Source: a virus
IMG/VR virus record: IMGVR_UViG_3300021364_003460
Location: 32,001-96,000 of that record
Reading direction: 5' to 3' (one strand)
DNA length: 64,000 nucleotides
Shown here: positions 16,652-26,405 of the stretch, piece after piece
How the letters are laid out: each line of letters opens with the position of its first letter
How positions within the stretch are numbered: the first letter of the stretch is position 1
Program-made: the position numbers and the translations under genes
Notes under the pieces: generated by a model
The model's database searches: none
Seen by the model: only the letters and a program-made list of their open reading frames with translations
Told to the model about the DNA's origin: nothing

Positions 16652-19291
16652 ATGACAATTAATATTCAAATACCCATGCACACTGTAGTCACTATGGTGG
16701 CTCCTTCATGCTCAGGTAAATCTCTACTAGTAGAAACATTAGTAAATCAATTAGAAAGAACTTATCAATTAGGTTTAAGTAAACTCAACTTCCATGTAAT
16801 CTCTTCAGATGATATACGTAGAGAGCTTATTGGGGAAGACTTACATAAACATGACAATGAAATGCTTTATGCTTCTGGGGCTGCATTTGATTTACTATTT
16901 TGTAAGTTGAGAAACCTACTTCAGTTTCCTCTTAGTTTAAAGAATGCAGTAGTGTTTGTAGATACTACTGGTTTAAGTAAAGAGTTTAGAGACCAGGTAA
17001 ATAAAGTAGCTGAGAGATATGGTTATAATACAGCAGCCATTGTATTAGACTACAAAGAATATCAAGACTACTTTAAGTTAGCTGAAAATGATGAGAGAGT
17101 AGATAAGTCAGTTGTTAGCAATCATGTAAAAAGACTCAGAACTAAAACTCTACCTCAAATGAGGAGGAAAGACTACTCAGCAGGTATCTTTAAAATTAAA
17201 CAGCTAGATTACCTTTGGCACAACGTTGAAATTCAGTTAACTAATGCAAATGAATATATCAACTGTAGGCTACCTATTAAAACTGCTGAAGGGGAAAGGA
17301 TAGAGTATACTTGTTTAGGGGATAGTCATGGTTGTTATGATGAGGTAATACAAGTATTAACTAAAGCTGGGTTTACTATTGAAGAGGGGTTAATTAAAAA
17401 TCCTGGCAACAAAAGAATTGTTTGTTTAGATGACTACATTGATAAAGGAAGTAAGCAAAAAGAGCTTATTCAATTCTTCTATAACAACCAAGATTACATT
17501 TACCATGTTTTAGCTAATCATGAGGATTTTGTTGTAAGGTACTTTACTGGAGATATCAAACCAGATAAAGACTCTTTACAATACTTTGATTCTATTAGCT
17601 GGCTTAAAGATACTCCTGAGTTGGAAGAATTAAAATGGCTACATTCTCAAGCTAAACCCTTCTTAATTCACCCTGACTTTATCTGTACTCACTCTCCTTG
17701 TAAACTAAAACACTTAGGTAAACTAGATAAGGAATCTAAGAGAGCTCAACTTAAGCATAGACTACCTTCTATCTATGGTAAAGACTTTGATACTGAGGAA
17801 GAATACAAAAATGTACTAGAAACTAATTTAAATTGGTTAAAGGAGCAAGCTGTAGCTAACTTTCCTTTTATCTTCTCTGGTCATCTTTCATTCAGTAATG
17901 TTGTCAGACTAGGTAGCCAAGTAATGTTAGATACTGGAGCAGTCTATGGGAATAAACTTACCGCTTGTACTGTAAAAGGAAGAAAGCTAGACTTTACTCA
18001 AGTTCAAGCTAAAGAAGCATACTACCCTATTAAGTATCTAACAACTATCTTTGATACTAAAGATAAAGTTAACTTAAATAGTCTAGACTCTAGGGAACAG
18101 AGAAGAATTAAGAGAGCTTTAGGAGAGAAACCAATCAACTGGCTATCAGGAACTATGTCACCTAGTGCTAGTAATGATTCTCAGTTAGAACCTATTGAAA
18201 CAGCATTAGAATACTATAAATCTAAAGGTGTTACTGACCTAGTAATGCAATGTAAAGAAATGGGCAGTAATGCTTCCTTCTATTGGCTGCCTAATCCAGA
18301 AGACTGCTACATGGTTAGTAGAAATGGCTATCTTATTAATCAAGTAGACATTAAACCTATAGTAGATAAGTTCCACTCTCTAATTGCAGAAAGGTTTCCT
18401 GATGCTACTCAAGTAATAGTTTTTGGAGAATTGAAACCTTGGTCTGCTTTAGGTAAAGGTTTAATTGACCACCACTTCATCCCTATCTACTCAGGGATGA
18501 AAACTGAGTTAGAGTTCTCTAAAACTAATGGTTTTGATACAGCTTTCTCTAGTTTGTTATCTCAAGCTAAAGAAGAGTTTGCTCATGACAGAGGTAAGTT
18601 ATCTAAAGCTGAGTTAAGGGCTAAGTATGGAGATGCTAAAGTAGAGTGGTATAACAGTGTACTACAAGCTGCTAAGTATGTTAATCCTGTAGATATTGAT
18701 TTAGCTGAGGTAGAAGCCTACAAGGAAGAGTTAGATGGGTATACTCAAGATAGTGAGTTAGATTTCCAACCTTTCCAAGTATTAAAGATTGAAAGAGGTG
18801 ATAAAGTAGAAGTGTTACCTTTTGATAACTATGAAGGGTTTAAACTATTTAACTCTAATCAAATTATAAAATTAGATTTAAATTCTAAGGAAGGTTATGA
18901 TACTGAAGTTTTGTATGCTAGATATGTGTACAAAAACTGGGTATCTGCTCCACAAGACTTCTTTGGTTATACTAAGTTAGAAGGTGTAGTTATTAAACCT
19001 TTAGACCCTAAGCTGACTAATGTAGCTCCTTATATTAAAGTAAGAAATCCTCAGTACCTTAAGTTAGTGTATGGGCCAACTTACAATTTAGAACCTACCT
19101 ATAGTAAACTAGTTAAATCTAAAAGGATTAGTAGAAAGATTAAGTCTTCCATTAATGAATGGCAGCTAGGTTTAGAAATGTTAGGTATTCATTCTAGTCA
19201 GATGACATTAGATAACTCTAAAGCAGTAGACTTAATGATTAAGTTTATTGCAGAAGAAAGGAAAGTGGAAGTGTTAGATCCAAGGTTGTAA
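16652..19291 (+). CDS. pnkp: polynucleotide kinase-phosphatase-ligase (bacterial Pnkp type)
   Basis: Kinase APSCSGKS/SSDDIR; metallophosphoesterase GDSHG, DYIDKG, ANHE, DTGAVYG; ligase CKEMGS, GELKPWS, EGVVIKP, KVRNPQYLKLVYGP, DPRL end. Confidence 0.95.
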   Translation: MTINIQIPMHTVVTMVAPSCSGKSLLVETLVNQLERTYQLGLSKLNFHVISSDDIRRELIGEDLHKHDNEMLYASGAAFDLLFCKLRNLLQFPLSLKNAVVFVDTTGLSKEFRDQVNKVAERYGYNTAAIVLDYKEYQDYFKLAENDERVDKSVVSNHVKRLRTKTLPQMRRKDYSAGIFKIKQLDYLWHNVEIQLTNANEYINCRLPIKTAEGERIEYTCLGDSHGCYDEVIQVLTKAGFTIEEGLIKNPGNKRIVCLDDYIDKGSKQKELIQFFYNNQDYIYHVLANHEDFVVRYFTGDIKPDKDSLQYFDSISWLKDTPELEELKWLHSQAKPFLIHPDFICTHSPCKLKHLGKLDKESKRAQLKHRLPSIYGKDFDTEEEYKNVLETNLNWLKEQAVANFPFIFSGHLSFSNVVRLGSQVMLDTGAVYGNKLTACTVKGRKLDFTQVQAKEAYYPIKYLTTIFDTKDKVNLNSLDSREQRRIKRALGEKPINWLSGTMSPSASNDSQLEPIETALEYYKSKGVTDLVMQCKEMGSNASFYWLPNPEDCYMVSRNGYLINQVDIKPIVDKFHSLIAERFPDATQVIVFGELKPWSALGKGLIDHHFIPIYSGMKTELEFSKTNGFDTAFSSLLSQAKEEFAHDRGKLSKAELRAKYGDAKVEWYNSVLQAAKYVNPVDIDLAEVEAYKEELDGYTQDSELDFQPFQVLKIERGDKVEVLPFDNYEGFKLFNSNQIIKLDLNSKEGYDTEVLYARYVYKNWVSAPQDFFGYTKLEGVVIKPLDPKLTNVAPYIKVRNPQYLKLVYGPTYNLEPTYSKLVKSKRISRKIKSSINEWQLGLEMLGIHSSQMTLDNSKAVDLMIKFIAEERKVEVLDPRL

Positions 19292-19294
19292 ATT

Positions 19295-19486
19295 ATGGAA
19301 ACTTATTATGTCATGTACTTTTATGAAAATGAAGAAGTGCATTCTGTAATAGAATTACAGGCTTCTTATTTACACTCTGATTTGCTAAGTAAAATAGAAG
19401 CAAATGCACCAATGGAAGATTACTATTATCAGGTAGTCACAAAAAAAGTATATGAAGACTATAATTCTAGCAAACCAGAAACCTAA
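19295..19486 (+). CDS. hypothetical protein
   Basis: 63-aa ORF. Confidence 0.5.
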   Translation: METYYVMYFYENEEVHSVIELQASYLHSDLLSKIEANAPMEDYYYQVVTKKVYEDYNSSKPET

Positions 19487-19563
19487 GTACAGTTCTCTTC
19501 ACTTTACTACTCAGTACAAATTTAGTAATCTAATAATATAAACTTTAACTTAACTATATATCT

Positions 19564-19974
19564 ATGAAACTAAATACTACTCCTTACATTGTTCAAGAAC
19601 TCTTAGATAAAGGTTACATTAGTTCTGACAATAAAGATAAAGTAGCTGAAGTGCTTGCTAATGAAGGTAAGCTTAGTAAAGAGTACCAGGTTAAAAGTAA
19701 GATTCTAAACTATCTAGAATACTTCTCTGGTTCTCTAGTTAAAGAAGTAGATGTTAATTCAATTTACTCTAATATCAAAGCTAAATTTAAAGAAGATGCT
19801 GAACTTGAAAATGGTGATATTAGATACCAAGTATTAGATTATCTAAAGAAAGAAAAGAAGTTAAGTCATTATGCTGAATTGAGTGAAACATTAACTGATT
19901 CATTAAAATTAACTACTAATGTAGTTGAAATGTTAAAGCCTTTTCAGGTAGTAGGATATAGGAAAATATTGTAG
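19564..19974 (+). CDS. hypothetical protein
   Basis: 136-aa ORF. Confidence 0.6.
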   Translation: MKLNTTPYIVQELLDKGYISSDNKDKVAEVLANEGKLSKEYQVKSKILNYLEYFSGSLVKEVDVNSIYSNIKAKFKEDAELENGDIRYQVLDYLKKEKKLSHYAELSETLTDSLKLTTNVVEMLKPFQVVGYRKIL

Positions 19975-20040
19975 TAGACTGACCACCTAACTCAAGTTAA
20001 CTAGTCCATTATGGTAAATAATCTTTATTTTAAAACCATA

Positions 20041-20793
20041 ATGGCTAGAAAGAAAAGAGTTACTAGAAGGGCTAAAGTTGAGTATACTGAATCTAAACTT
20101 ACTTATCAAGAAACTGAATACAAGCAGTTTACAGGAAAGATTCAGACTACTAAATTGATTAGACCTCTGAATCCTAGACAAAGAGAATATATTTGGTTAA
20201 TTAAAGAGAAGACTGTTATCATTGCCCAAGGAGATAGCGGCACTTCTAAGAGCTTTCTAGCCCTACATACAGCTATTCAACTGTTCAATAATGAGTCTTC
20301 TCCAATAGAGAAGATTTTTTATATTAGGGCTAATGTAGGACTTAGTGAAGAGAAAGACTTAGGGTACATGAAAGGTGATTTGAAAGAGAAAATATTACCT
20401 CTAGCCTACCCAGTCTTAGACTCTTTAATAGGATTCATGAATGAAAGTCAAGCTAAGTATTTAGTAGAATCAGGTAAAATAGAAGTCTTACCTGTAGCTA
20501 TGGTTAGAGGGCGTACCTTCAACAACTCTATAGTAATTGTTGATGAAGCTCAATCATGTAGTCCTACTAGTATACTCACCTTACTTACTAGAATAGGTCA
20601 GAATAGTAAAATGCTTCTACTGGGTAACTGTTCTAACTACCAAAAAGATACTAAAGCTAATATTAATGATGGGCTTAATGATGCTATTAATAGACTTCAA
20701 GGATTACCTGATGTAGGTTATATCAGATTTAGAAGAGAAGATATAGTTAGAAATAGTGTTATCAAAAACATTTTAGCTAGGTATGAAGATTAA
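20041..20793 (+). CDS. phoH: PhoH family ATPase
   Basis: N.RQ..Y, GDSGTSKS, LGYMKGDL.EK, RGRTF, DEAQ, LTRIG, DIVR; alternative start at 20011. Confidence 0.92.
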   Translation: MARKKRVTRRAKVEYTESKLTYQETEYKQFTGKIQTTKLIRPLNPRQREYIWLIKEKTVIIAQGDSGTSKSFLALHTAIQLFNNESSPIEKIFYIRANVGLSEEKDLGYMKGDLKEKILPLAYPVLDSLIGFMNESQAKYLVESGKIEVLPVAMVRGRTFNNSIVIVDEAQSCSPTSILTLLTRIGQNSKMLLLGNCSNYQKDTKANINDGLNDAINRLQGLPDVGYIRFRREDIVRNSVIKNILARYED

Positions 20794-20810
20794 TAAGTAA
20801 ACAAATCAAT

Positions 20811-20832
20811 AGGAGACTAATTACAGTCTCCT
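20811..20832 (+). terminator. putative terminator hairpin
   Basis: AGGAGACT/AGTCTCCT 8-bp stem after phoH. Confidence 0.6.
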
Positions 20833-20864
20833 TAAACTTTTATTAACTAACATTTATTAAACAA

Positions 20865-21104
20865 ATGAGAACAACATTAATTAAAAAAAAAGATATTCAA
20901 TCTCAAAACTCTGGAGAATACAACTATGAAGATTACAGTAAAACAAAAGCTTTTAAAAGAATTCAAGTGTTGGAGGTCACTGGTGTAAAAAAGCTTAAGT
21001 GGGAGTGGACTGCTCCTACACCTAATGAACTAGGAATACATCCTTACTCTAGAAGAACAATTAGAAAGTATACATTTCATGAACTTACAACAAGCAATTA
21101 TTGA
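20865..21104 (+). CDS. hypothetical protein
   Basis: 79-aa ORF. Confidence 0.5.
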   Translation: MRTTLIKKKDIQSQNSGEYNYEDYSKTKAFKRIQVLEVTGVKKLKWEWTAPTPNELGIHPYSRRTIRKYTFHELTTSNY

Positions 21105-21393
21105 ATTAGAGTGCTGCCTTAGTAAAGTAGTAAAAGTATCTGAATCAGAAGCCTATCAGTTAGCTACTAAAGAGGGTCACTCAAGTTTAGCTACTGACTT
21201 AGAAGATGTTAAACATAACTTAGAAAATACTTTAAATAACTTACAGGACTTGTTAGATATTGAGTTTATAGAATCTTTAGAAATAGATTTAAATGAATGT
21301 GTGCCTTTGACAAAAGAAATGTATGAAAGGGCTACTAAACTTACTAAAAATATGGAAGTTGATTTAAATGAAGATTTAGAAGGAGACTTTTAG
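21079..21393 (+). CDS. hypothetical acidic protein
   Basis: 104-aa ORF. Confidence 0.55.
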   Translation: MNLQQAIIELECCLSKVVKVSESEAYQLATKEGHSSLATDLEDVKHNLENTLNNLQDLLDIEFIESLEIDLNECVPLTKEMYERATKLTKNMEVDLNEDLEGDF

Positions 21394-21395
21394 TA

Positions 21396-21551
21396 ATGGC
21401 TAATAGAAATTATGTACATGAATTAAGTAAATTTCTTAAAGAAAATGTAATGTCTTCTCCTCAAGAACAACATTTTGAAACTATAGTTTATCTTAAAATT
21501 AATAAGTTTCTTTCTGATAATAATTTAGTTATTACTACAAAATGGGATTAA
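21396..21551 (+). CDS. small hypothetical protein (51 aa)
   Basis: Own translation; FLSDNNLVITTK resembles FLQENNLQVINTK in the next gene. Confidence 0.45.
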   Translation: MANRNYVHELSKFLKENVMSSPQEQHFETIVYLKINKFLSDNNLVITTKWD

Positions 21552-21931
21552 CTCTAATGACTAATGAAGAGTTTGCTAAGAAGTTAATAAGTAAATTATG
21601 TAGTAGAAATTATATTAGTTGGCAAGAAGGTATACAAGGAGAAGTAACTCAGTTTCTACAAGAAAACAATCTCCAAGTTATTAATACTAAAGATCAACTA
21701 TTAGGTTACTGTGTTGAAGATGTAATTATCTATTACTTCCAAGAATTAGAGCATTATCAAGAGAAGTATGGAAGTAATATACCATCAGAACTTACTAGAG
21801 AACAAAGTCAGTATTTACTAGAGTTAGCTGATAGATTAAACAGCAAGCATGAATTAACTTTTTGTTGGGATGACATTGATGAAGCAATTGAAGAATGGTT
21901 AGGTGAAAACTATGCTACCTCATTGGACTAA
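21542..21931 (+). CDS. hypothetical protein
   Basis: 129-aa ORF. Confidence 0.55.
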   Translation: MGLTLMTNEEFAKKLISKLCSRNYISWQEGIQGEVTQFLQENNLQVINTKDQLLGYCVEDVIIYYFQELEHYQEKYGSNIPSELTREQSQYLLELADRLNSKHELTFCWDDIDEAIEEWLGENYATSLD

Positions 21932-22103
21932 AGTTAGACTTACTGAAGATATTGCTTGCTCTACAGTAGAAAAAGGTGATGAAGGTGTTGTGATAGATTC
22001 CATTCTAATACCAAACAAAACTTTTTATTTAGTTCAAGTAACAGATAAAGAAGAAATTATTACAGCGGTAGAAGAAAGTTTAGTAAATGTGGATTTAAAC
22101 TAA
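21903..22103 (+). CDS. small SH3-like beta-barrel protein
   Basis: KVRLTEDI...KGDEGVVID...YLVQ pattern. Confidence 0.45.
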   Translation: MKTMLPHWTKVRLTEDIACSTVEKGDEGVVIDSILIPNKTFYLVQVTDKEEIITAVEESLVNVDLN

Positions 22104-22104
22104 T

Positions 22105-22272
22105 ATGACTTTTAAGAAAGGTGACAAAGTAAAGTTAACTAAAGACTTTCCTCCTAAGTATAAACAAGGTGAAGAAGTCAATGTAACAGAAGCTTATGAA
22201 GCGGTAGATTACTCTACTATGTATTATGAAGTTAACGCTGACATTACTGTAGAAGAAGAGGATATTGAATGA
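22105..22272 (+). CDS. small SH3-like protein (55 aa)
   Basis: Own translation MTFKKGDKVKLTKD...; ATGA overlap with nblA. Confidence 0.5.
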   Translation: MTFKKGDKVKLTKDFPPKYKQGEEVNVTEAYEAVDYSTMYYEVNADITVEEEDIE

Positions 22273-22499
22273 TGGATGAATTAGACAACTTATTAGACAA
22301 CTATAGTAAACCTGATTTAGAAATACCTTTAGAAAAAAGATTTGAAATAGCTAAATTTAATAATCTTATTGAAGGTGCTAGTAAAGAGCAAGCTATTGAG
22401 TTAGCTAAACAAGCTTGGAAATTGATGCTTATTAGAGAGCATACTATGAATGAACTACTCAAGTATGAATGGGGATTAACGGATACCAAAGCTGCATAA
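22269..22499 (+). CDS. nblA: phycobilisome degradation protein NblA
   Basis: LEKRFEI..F...I...S.EQA......W..M..RE....ELLKYEWGL aligns without gaps to recalled Anabaena NblA LEQQFSI..F..QV..MS.DQA......Y.QM..RE..YQELLKHQWGL. Confidence 0.9.
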   Translation: MMDELDNLLDNYSKPDLEIPLEKRFEIAKFNNLIEGASKEQAIELAKQAWKLMLIREHTMNELLKYEWGLTDTKAA

Positions 22500-22500
22500 A

Positions 22501-22881
22501 GTGGATATTAAATATGAAGCTCTTAATAAAGGGTTATTTAAACACACTACTAATCCAGGATTAATAAAAGAAGTTCTGTTAGAAAACTACATTGAAAAGT
22601 GTCCTAACAGAACTAGGTTAGTAAAAGAAATAGCTTACTGTCTTGTTACTTCTATTGGAGAAAGAGTTGTTAGGAAAGAATACAGAGTAGCTTACTATAG
22701 CTGCTCCACTACTGATTGGAAATATAAAGTAGTCTTTCCTAGAGTTAAATACTTTAAGTCACTTAATGATTTGATAATAATAGATATCTCTATTTTAGAA
22801 ACAAATAGAGATATATTATTTGATAAATATAGATGGTTTAAAGAAGATTTAATTAAAGAGTTAGAAAACTATGGAGAATGA
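22501..22881 (+). CDS. hypothetical protein
   Basis: 126-aa ORF, GTG start. Confidence 0.5.
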   Translation: MDIKYEALNKGLFKHTTNPGLIKEVLLENYIEKCPNRTRLVKEIAYCLVTSIGERVVRKEYRVAYYSCSTTDWKYKVVFPRVKYFKSLNDLIIIDISILETNRDILFDKYRWFKEDLIKELENYGE

Positions 22882-23104
22882 AAAATATTTTGTATCTCAG
22901 GCGTTATTAGAAAATAATAGTAGTAAACCTTTACTAATTAGAAGCCCAGATTTTCCTGAGTTAAATAATCAAAGTTTACCTGTTGGATTTAGCGGTATTA
23001 TGCAGTTTATTTACCCTAGTGATTTAAAGTTAAGAAAAGATAGCTGGATTAATAGTAAGGGTACTCCTGTGGTCTATTTAGAATTAGTAGATAAAGATTT
23101 CTAA
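22871..23104 (+). CDS. hypothetical protein
   Basis: 77-aa ORF. Confidence 0.5.
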   Translation: MENEKYFVSQALLENNSSKPLLIRSPDFPELNNQSLPVGFSGIMQFIYPSDLKLRKDSWINSKGTPVVYLELVDKDF

Positions 23105-23505
23105 ATTGTACCAACTAAAAACAAAGTTAAATCTATTGCTTCTACAGAAGTATTTCTAATAGTAATAGTATTAGAATTAAGAGTAGTTGGTAATGCAGCA
23201 GGCACTATATTATCTACAAACAGAATAGTACCTTCTACAACTTGAGTACCATAGGTTAACTCTATCTTTTGAGTAGTATCTACAGCTATAGACTTTAGAA
23301 ACTTAATTCCTAAGTCAGCTAATACTACATTAACAATCTGACCAGCAGTTAACAAATAAGGTAGCTTGTAAGATTTACAGTTCTCAATTACATTATCATT
23401 AGCTTGCAGAATGAAGTGTTCTTCTCTTTCTTTATAAGTAGAAGGACTTGTACCGCTAACTTCTTTAGTATTGTAATTTAAATTATATGAGTAAAGTAAA
23501 GACAT
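23101..23505 (-). CDS. hypothetical beta-rich protein
   Basis: 134-aa minus-strand ORF filling the gap between plus-strand genes. Confidence 0.6.
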   Translation of the reverse strand: MSLLYSYNLNYNTKEVSGTSPSTYKEREEHFILQANDNVIENCKSYKLPYLLTAGQIVNVVLADLGIKFLKSIAVDTTQKIELTYGTQVVEGTILFVDNIVPAALPTTLNSNTITIRNTSVEAIDLTLFLVGTI

Positions 23506-24046
23506 GATTTATAATGAAAGTAATGAATACTTATTCTGCCCTGAATACTTTAGACTTAACTGTGCAAGCTATGAAGTAAAGTGTTCTGAGTGTGGAGGCT
23601 GCACTGGTGAAGGTAGTTTAGAGTATATTCCTATTAAACCTTATCCTTTATTAGCTAAGAAAAAACATCCTTATTTACTACATCAAAAGAAAACTAAGAA
23701 AGATGCTACTAGAAAAGAAAAGTTAGCAAAGAGGTCTACTGAAACTAGTAAGATTGTTAAGAAAGCTCTTAGAAGTGAACGCAACAGTCTAAAAAGTATA
23801 GGAGCTAAAGGTACTATTGCTAGTGGAAGGTTTGATGGTTCTGGAGATGGATTTATATCAATCAATGATATCAAATACTATATAGAAGTAAAAACTAGAT
23901 ATTCTGATAATGCTTCTATGTTTCCTACTAGTGCTGAATGGAATAAAGCAACCAACCAAGGCTGCAAGTTATTTGTAGTAGAATCAGCTAGAGGTAGTAC
24001 AGTTACTATGAGTAAAGAAACATTTATGGAGATATTAGGTTTATAA
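23504..24046 (+). CDS. PD-(D/E)xK nuclease (Hjc/restriction-like) with Cys-rich N-terminus
   Basis: GSGDGF...YYIEVKT; C..C..C cluster. Confidence 0.55.
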   Translation: MIYNESNEYLFCPEYFRLNCASYEVKCSECGGCTGEGSLEYIPIKPYPLLAKKKHPYLLHQKKTKKDATRKEKLAKRSTETSKIVKKALRSERNSLKSIGAKGTIASGRFDGSGDGFISINDIKYYIEVKTRYSDNASMFPTSAEWNKATNQGCKLFVVESARGSTVTMSKETFMEILGL

Positions 24047-24048
24047 TT

Positions 24049-24393
24049 ATGCAAACTATAATAATGATGGCTGAGTTTGAAGGTAAATGCTTCTGGCAAC
24101 CTAAAAATGATTACTCAGCAGAATGGAAATTATGGCTACCTACTGGAGCAGCTATTGATATAGAAGACTTACCTTTAAGTTGGGAACTAAATAATCAACT
24201 AACTGAATGGGTAGAGTTCTATGATGAACACTTTGATAATACCAAGTTAATTTCTTTAGCAAAAAAAGAAGTAGCAAAAGATAACTTTGATATTTTAGGT
24301 AAACATTTATGGCAGCTAGTTAAAGAAGAATTAGCTGGTGAATATAATGTAGTTTACTATAGTGAGTTAGAAAAAAAGGTGTTAGATGCTTAA
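24049..24393 (+). CDS. hypothetical protein
   Basis: 114-aa ORF. Confidence 0.55.
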   Translation: MQTIIMMAEFEGKCFWQPKNDYSAEWKLWLPTGAAIDIEDLPLSWELNNQLTEWVEFYDEHFDNTKLISLAKKEVAKDNFDILGKHLWQLVKEELAGEYNVVYYSELEKKVLDA

Positions 24394-24550
24394 TGAAGAA
24401 TTGAAAAAAGAATTAAAAGAACTAATTATACAATTATTAGGAATGGGATTAATATTAACTATTCTTGCTTTAGTTGTAATACCTTTTTGTTTTTTACTAA
24501 CAGTTTTATCTTATTATATAATTACATTTTTAATAGACTTACTATTTTAG
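24386..24550 (+). CDS. small membrane protein (54 aa)
   Basis: Own translation with a long hydrophobic run LLGMGLILTILALVVIPFCFLLTVLSYYII. Confidence 0.5.
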   Translation: MLNEELKKELKELIIQLLGMGLILTILALVVIPFCFLLTVLSYYIITFLIDLLF

Positions 24551-24688
24551 TTATGACTAAAGAAAAGAAAGAAGAGCAGCAGGAAAAAGAAGATAAGAAA
24601 GAAAAGTATGTAAATAAACCTGGTGGTAGAAAGTAATACTTAGAGAAGCTCAGGTAGATAACAACAGTTAAATATACAACTGAATAAT

Positions 24689-25747
24689 ATGTCAGATGAA
24701 ATCACTTCATTGAAAGAATTAAAAGCTTTAGACTCTCAAATGTTTAAAATGTTTGGGGAGGATTATTATGGTATAACTAATAGGAAAAAAAATGTACAAA
24801 AATATACTTTCTTTCCTACTAGATGTCACTCTATTAATAAAGCTTTAGGTGGTAAAGGTATACCAGAAGGGGGAGTAATTAACATAGCAGGTCAAAAATC
24901 CACAGGGAAATCAGCTTTAGCCCAACTAATAATGGCTGATTTCCAAGCTCAGAATAAAATAGTAGCTTATTTTGAAGCTGGTGAAGCTTCCTTTGACCCT
25001 AGAATAGCTAATTCTTTAGGTCTAGATATAAATAAAATGATTTATGTACCTGGACCTGCCTCTGCTGAACAGATATTAGAAGGTATGAGAACAGTAATTA
25101 AAAGTGGGGTAGTTTCTTTAGTTTGTTTAGATTCAGTTAGTGGACTTAGCCCTAGAGTAGAACAAGAAGAAAAGTCCTTAGATGAAGCTACTATGGCTAT
25201 TGTACCTAGATTGCTTAGTAGATTACTAAAAGAAGTGGCTCCTATTTGTAGAAAAAATAAAACCACATTATTATTTATTAACCAAGTTAGGTCTAATTTA
25301 GGAGGTTATGGAAGTAGTGAAGTAGAACCAGGAGGTAATGCTATACCTTTTTATGCAACTATATTAGCTAAAACTAGAAGAGTAGAAATATTAAAGAAAG
25401 GAGCTAATGAAATAGGTATAAAAATAGAACTTAAAACTAACAAAAACAAAGTAGCTCCTCCCTTTACTAAAGGTACTTTTGATATCTTATTTGGGGATGA
25501 GAATGAACCAGGTTGTATAGATATCTATGGAGATGTAATAGATATAGCTTTTGATAAAGGTATAATTAAAGGTAGTAAATCTTGGATGGAATACCCTGCT
25601 GGTAATAAAATTAATGGTAGGGAAAAAATGAGAGAATACTTAAAAGATAACTCTAATATATTTACTCAATTAAGAGAAGAATTAAAACATGACAACACCA
25701 CTACAGAAACCACAGAGGAAAAAGACTACCAAGAAGAGGCAGCTTAA
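24689..25747 (+). CDS. recA: recombinase RecA
   Basis: ALGG.GIP.G, GQKSTGKS, LDSV, FINQVR, PGGNAIPFYA, KNKVAPPF. Confidence 0.97.
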   Translation: MSDEITSLKELKALDSQMFKMFGEDYYGITNRKKNVQKYTFFPTRCHSINKALGGKGIPEGGVINIAGQKSTGKSALAQLIMADFQAQNKIVAYFEAGEASFDPRIANSLGLDINKMIYVPGPASAEQILEGMRTVIKSGVVSLVCLDSVSGLSPRVEQEEKSLDEATMAIVPRLLSRLLKEVAPICRKNKTTLLFINQVRSNLGGYGSSEVEPGGNAIPFYATILAKTRRVEILKKGANEIGIKIELKTNKNKVAPPFTKGTFDILFGDENEPGCIDIYGDVIDIAFDKGIIKGSKSWMEYPAGNKINGREKMREYLKDNSNIFTQLREELKHDNTTTETTEEKDYQEEAA

Positions 25748-26192
25748 TAAACTACCTGCTAGTCTACCTAACTATAAGTATGAAGCTTTTAGTTATAAAG
25801 ATATTCAGAGAGCTGCCAGTTACTTCCAAGCTGAGTTAGCTAAAATTGAAAAGCTTATAGGTAAAGTAACTCAAATTAATAAACCTGAATCAGTTAGATA
25901 TGGTAGTACAGTAAATACTCCAAACTTCTATAATGCTGCTTTTACTCAAGCTACTAATCCTGCTAGTTATCTAGATTTACCTCCTCAACCTCCTAGAGTA
26001 TTCCCTGCTGGTACAGGAATCAATCCATATCAGCCTGGTATTGCTGGAGCTACTTTAGATATGCCAACTGTAGGTGGAGGTATTACTCCTAAAGCAGAAG
26101 TGTATGAGACTTTACAACAACCCGCAATAGTAGATAACAGTGCCGACTTAGAAAGTGAACTAAAAGATATGTTAAATCAGAATGCAAATTAG
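25689..26192 (+). CDS. hypothetical Pro-rich protein
   Basis: 167-aa ORF overlapping the recA 3' end. Confidence 0.55.
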   Translation: MTTPLQKPQRKKTTKKRQLNKLPASLPNYKYEAFSYKDIQRAASYFQAELAKIEKLIGKVTQINKPESVRYGSTVNTPNFYNAAFTQATNPASYLDLPPQPPRVFPAGTGINPYQPGIAGATLDMPTVGGGITPKAEVYETLQQPAIVDNSADLESELKDMLNQNAN

Positions 26193-26364
26193 TTTAAAAG
26201 ATAGTATTGAACACAAGGCAAAGTTAGCTTATCAAGAATTCTATAATGAATACAAACATTCTTTCTGTTTAGGTAGCTGGGAACAGTTAATTGAAGAGCA
26301 GAAGCAACATTATAGAAAAAAAGCTGCTAAACAAATATGGTCTAGTTGGGACTATGAGAAATAA
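26182..26364 (+). CDS. hypothetical protein
   Basis: 60-aa ORF. Confidence 0.5.
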   Translation: MQISLKDSIEHKAKLAYQEFYNEYKHSFCLGSWEQLIEEQKQHYRKKAAKQIWSSWDYEK

Positions 26365-26372
26365 ATAAAAGT

Positions 26373-26398
26373 AAAGCTCTCTAGTAATAGAGGGCTTT
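26373..26398 (+). terminator. putative terminator with GNRA loop
   Basis: AAAGCTCTCTA-GTAA-TAGAGGGCTTT. Confidence 0.6.
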
Positions 26399-26405
26399 TA
26401 AACTT

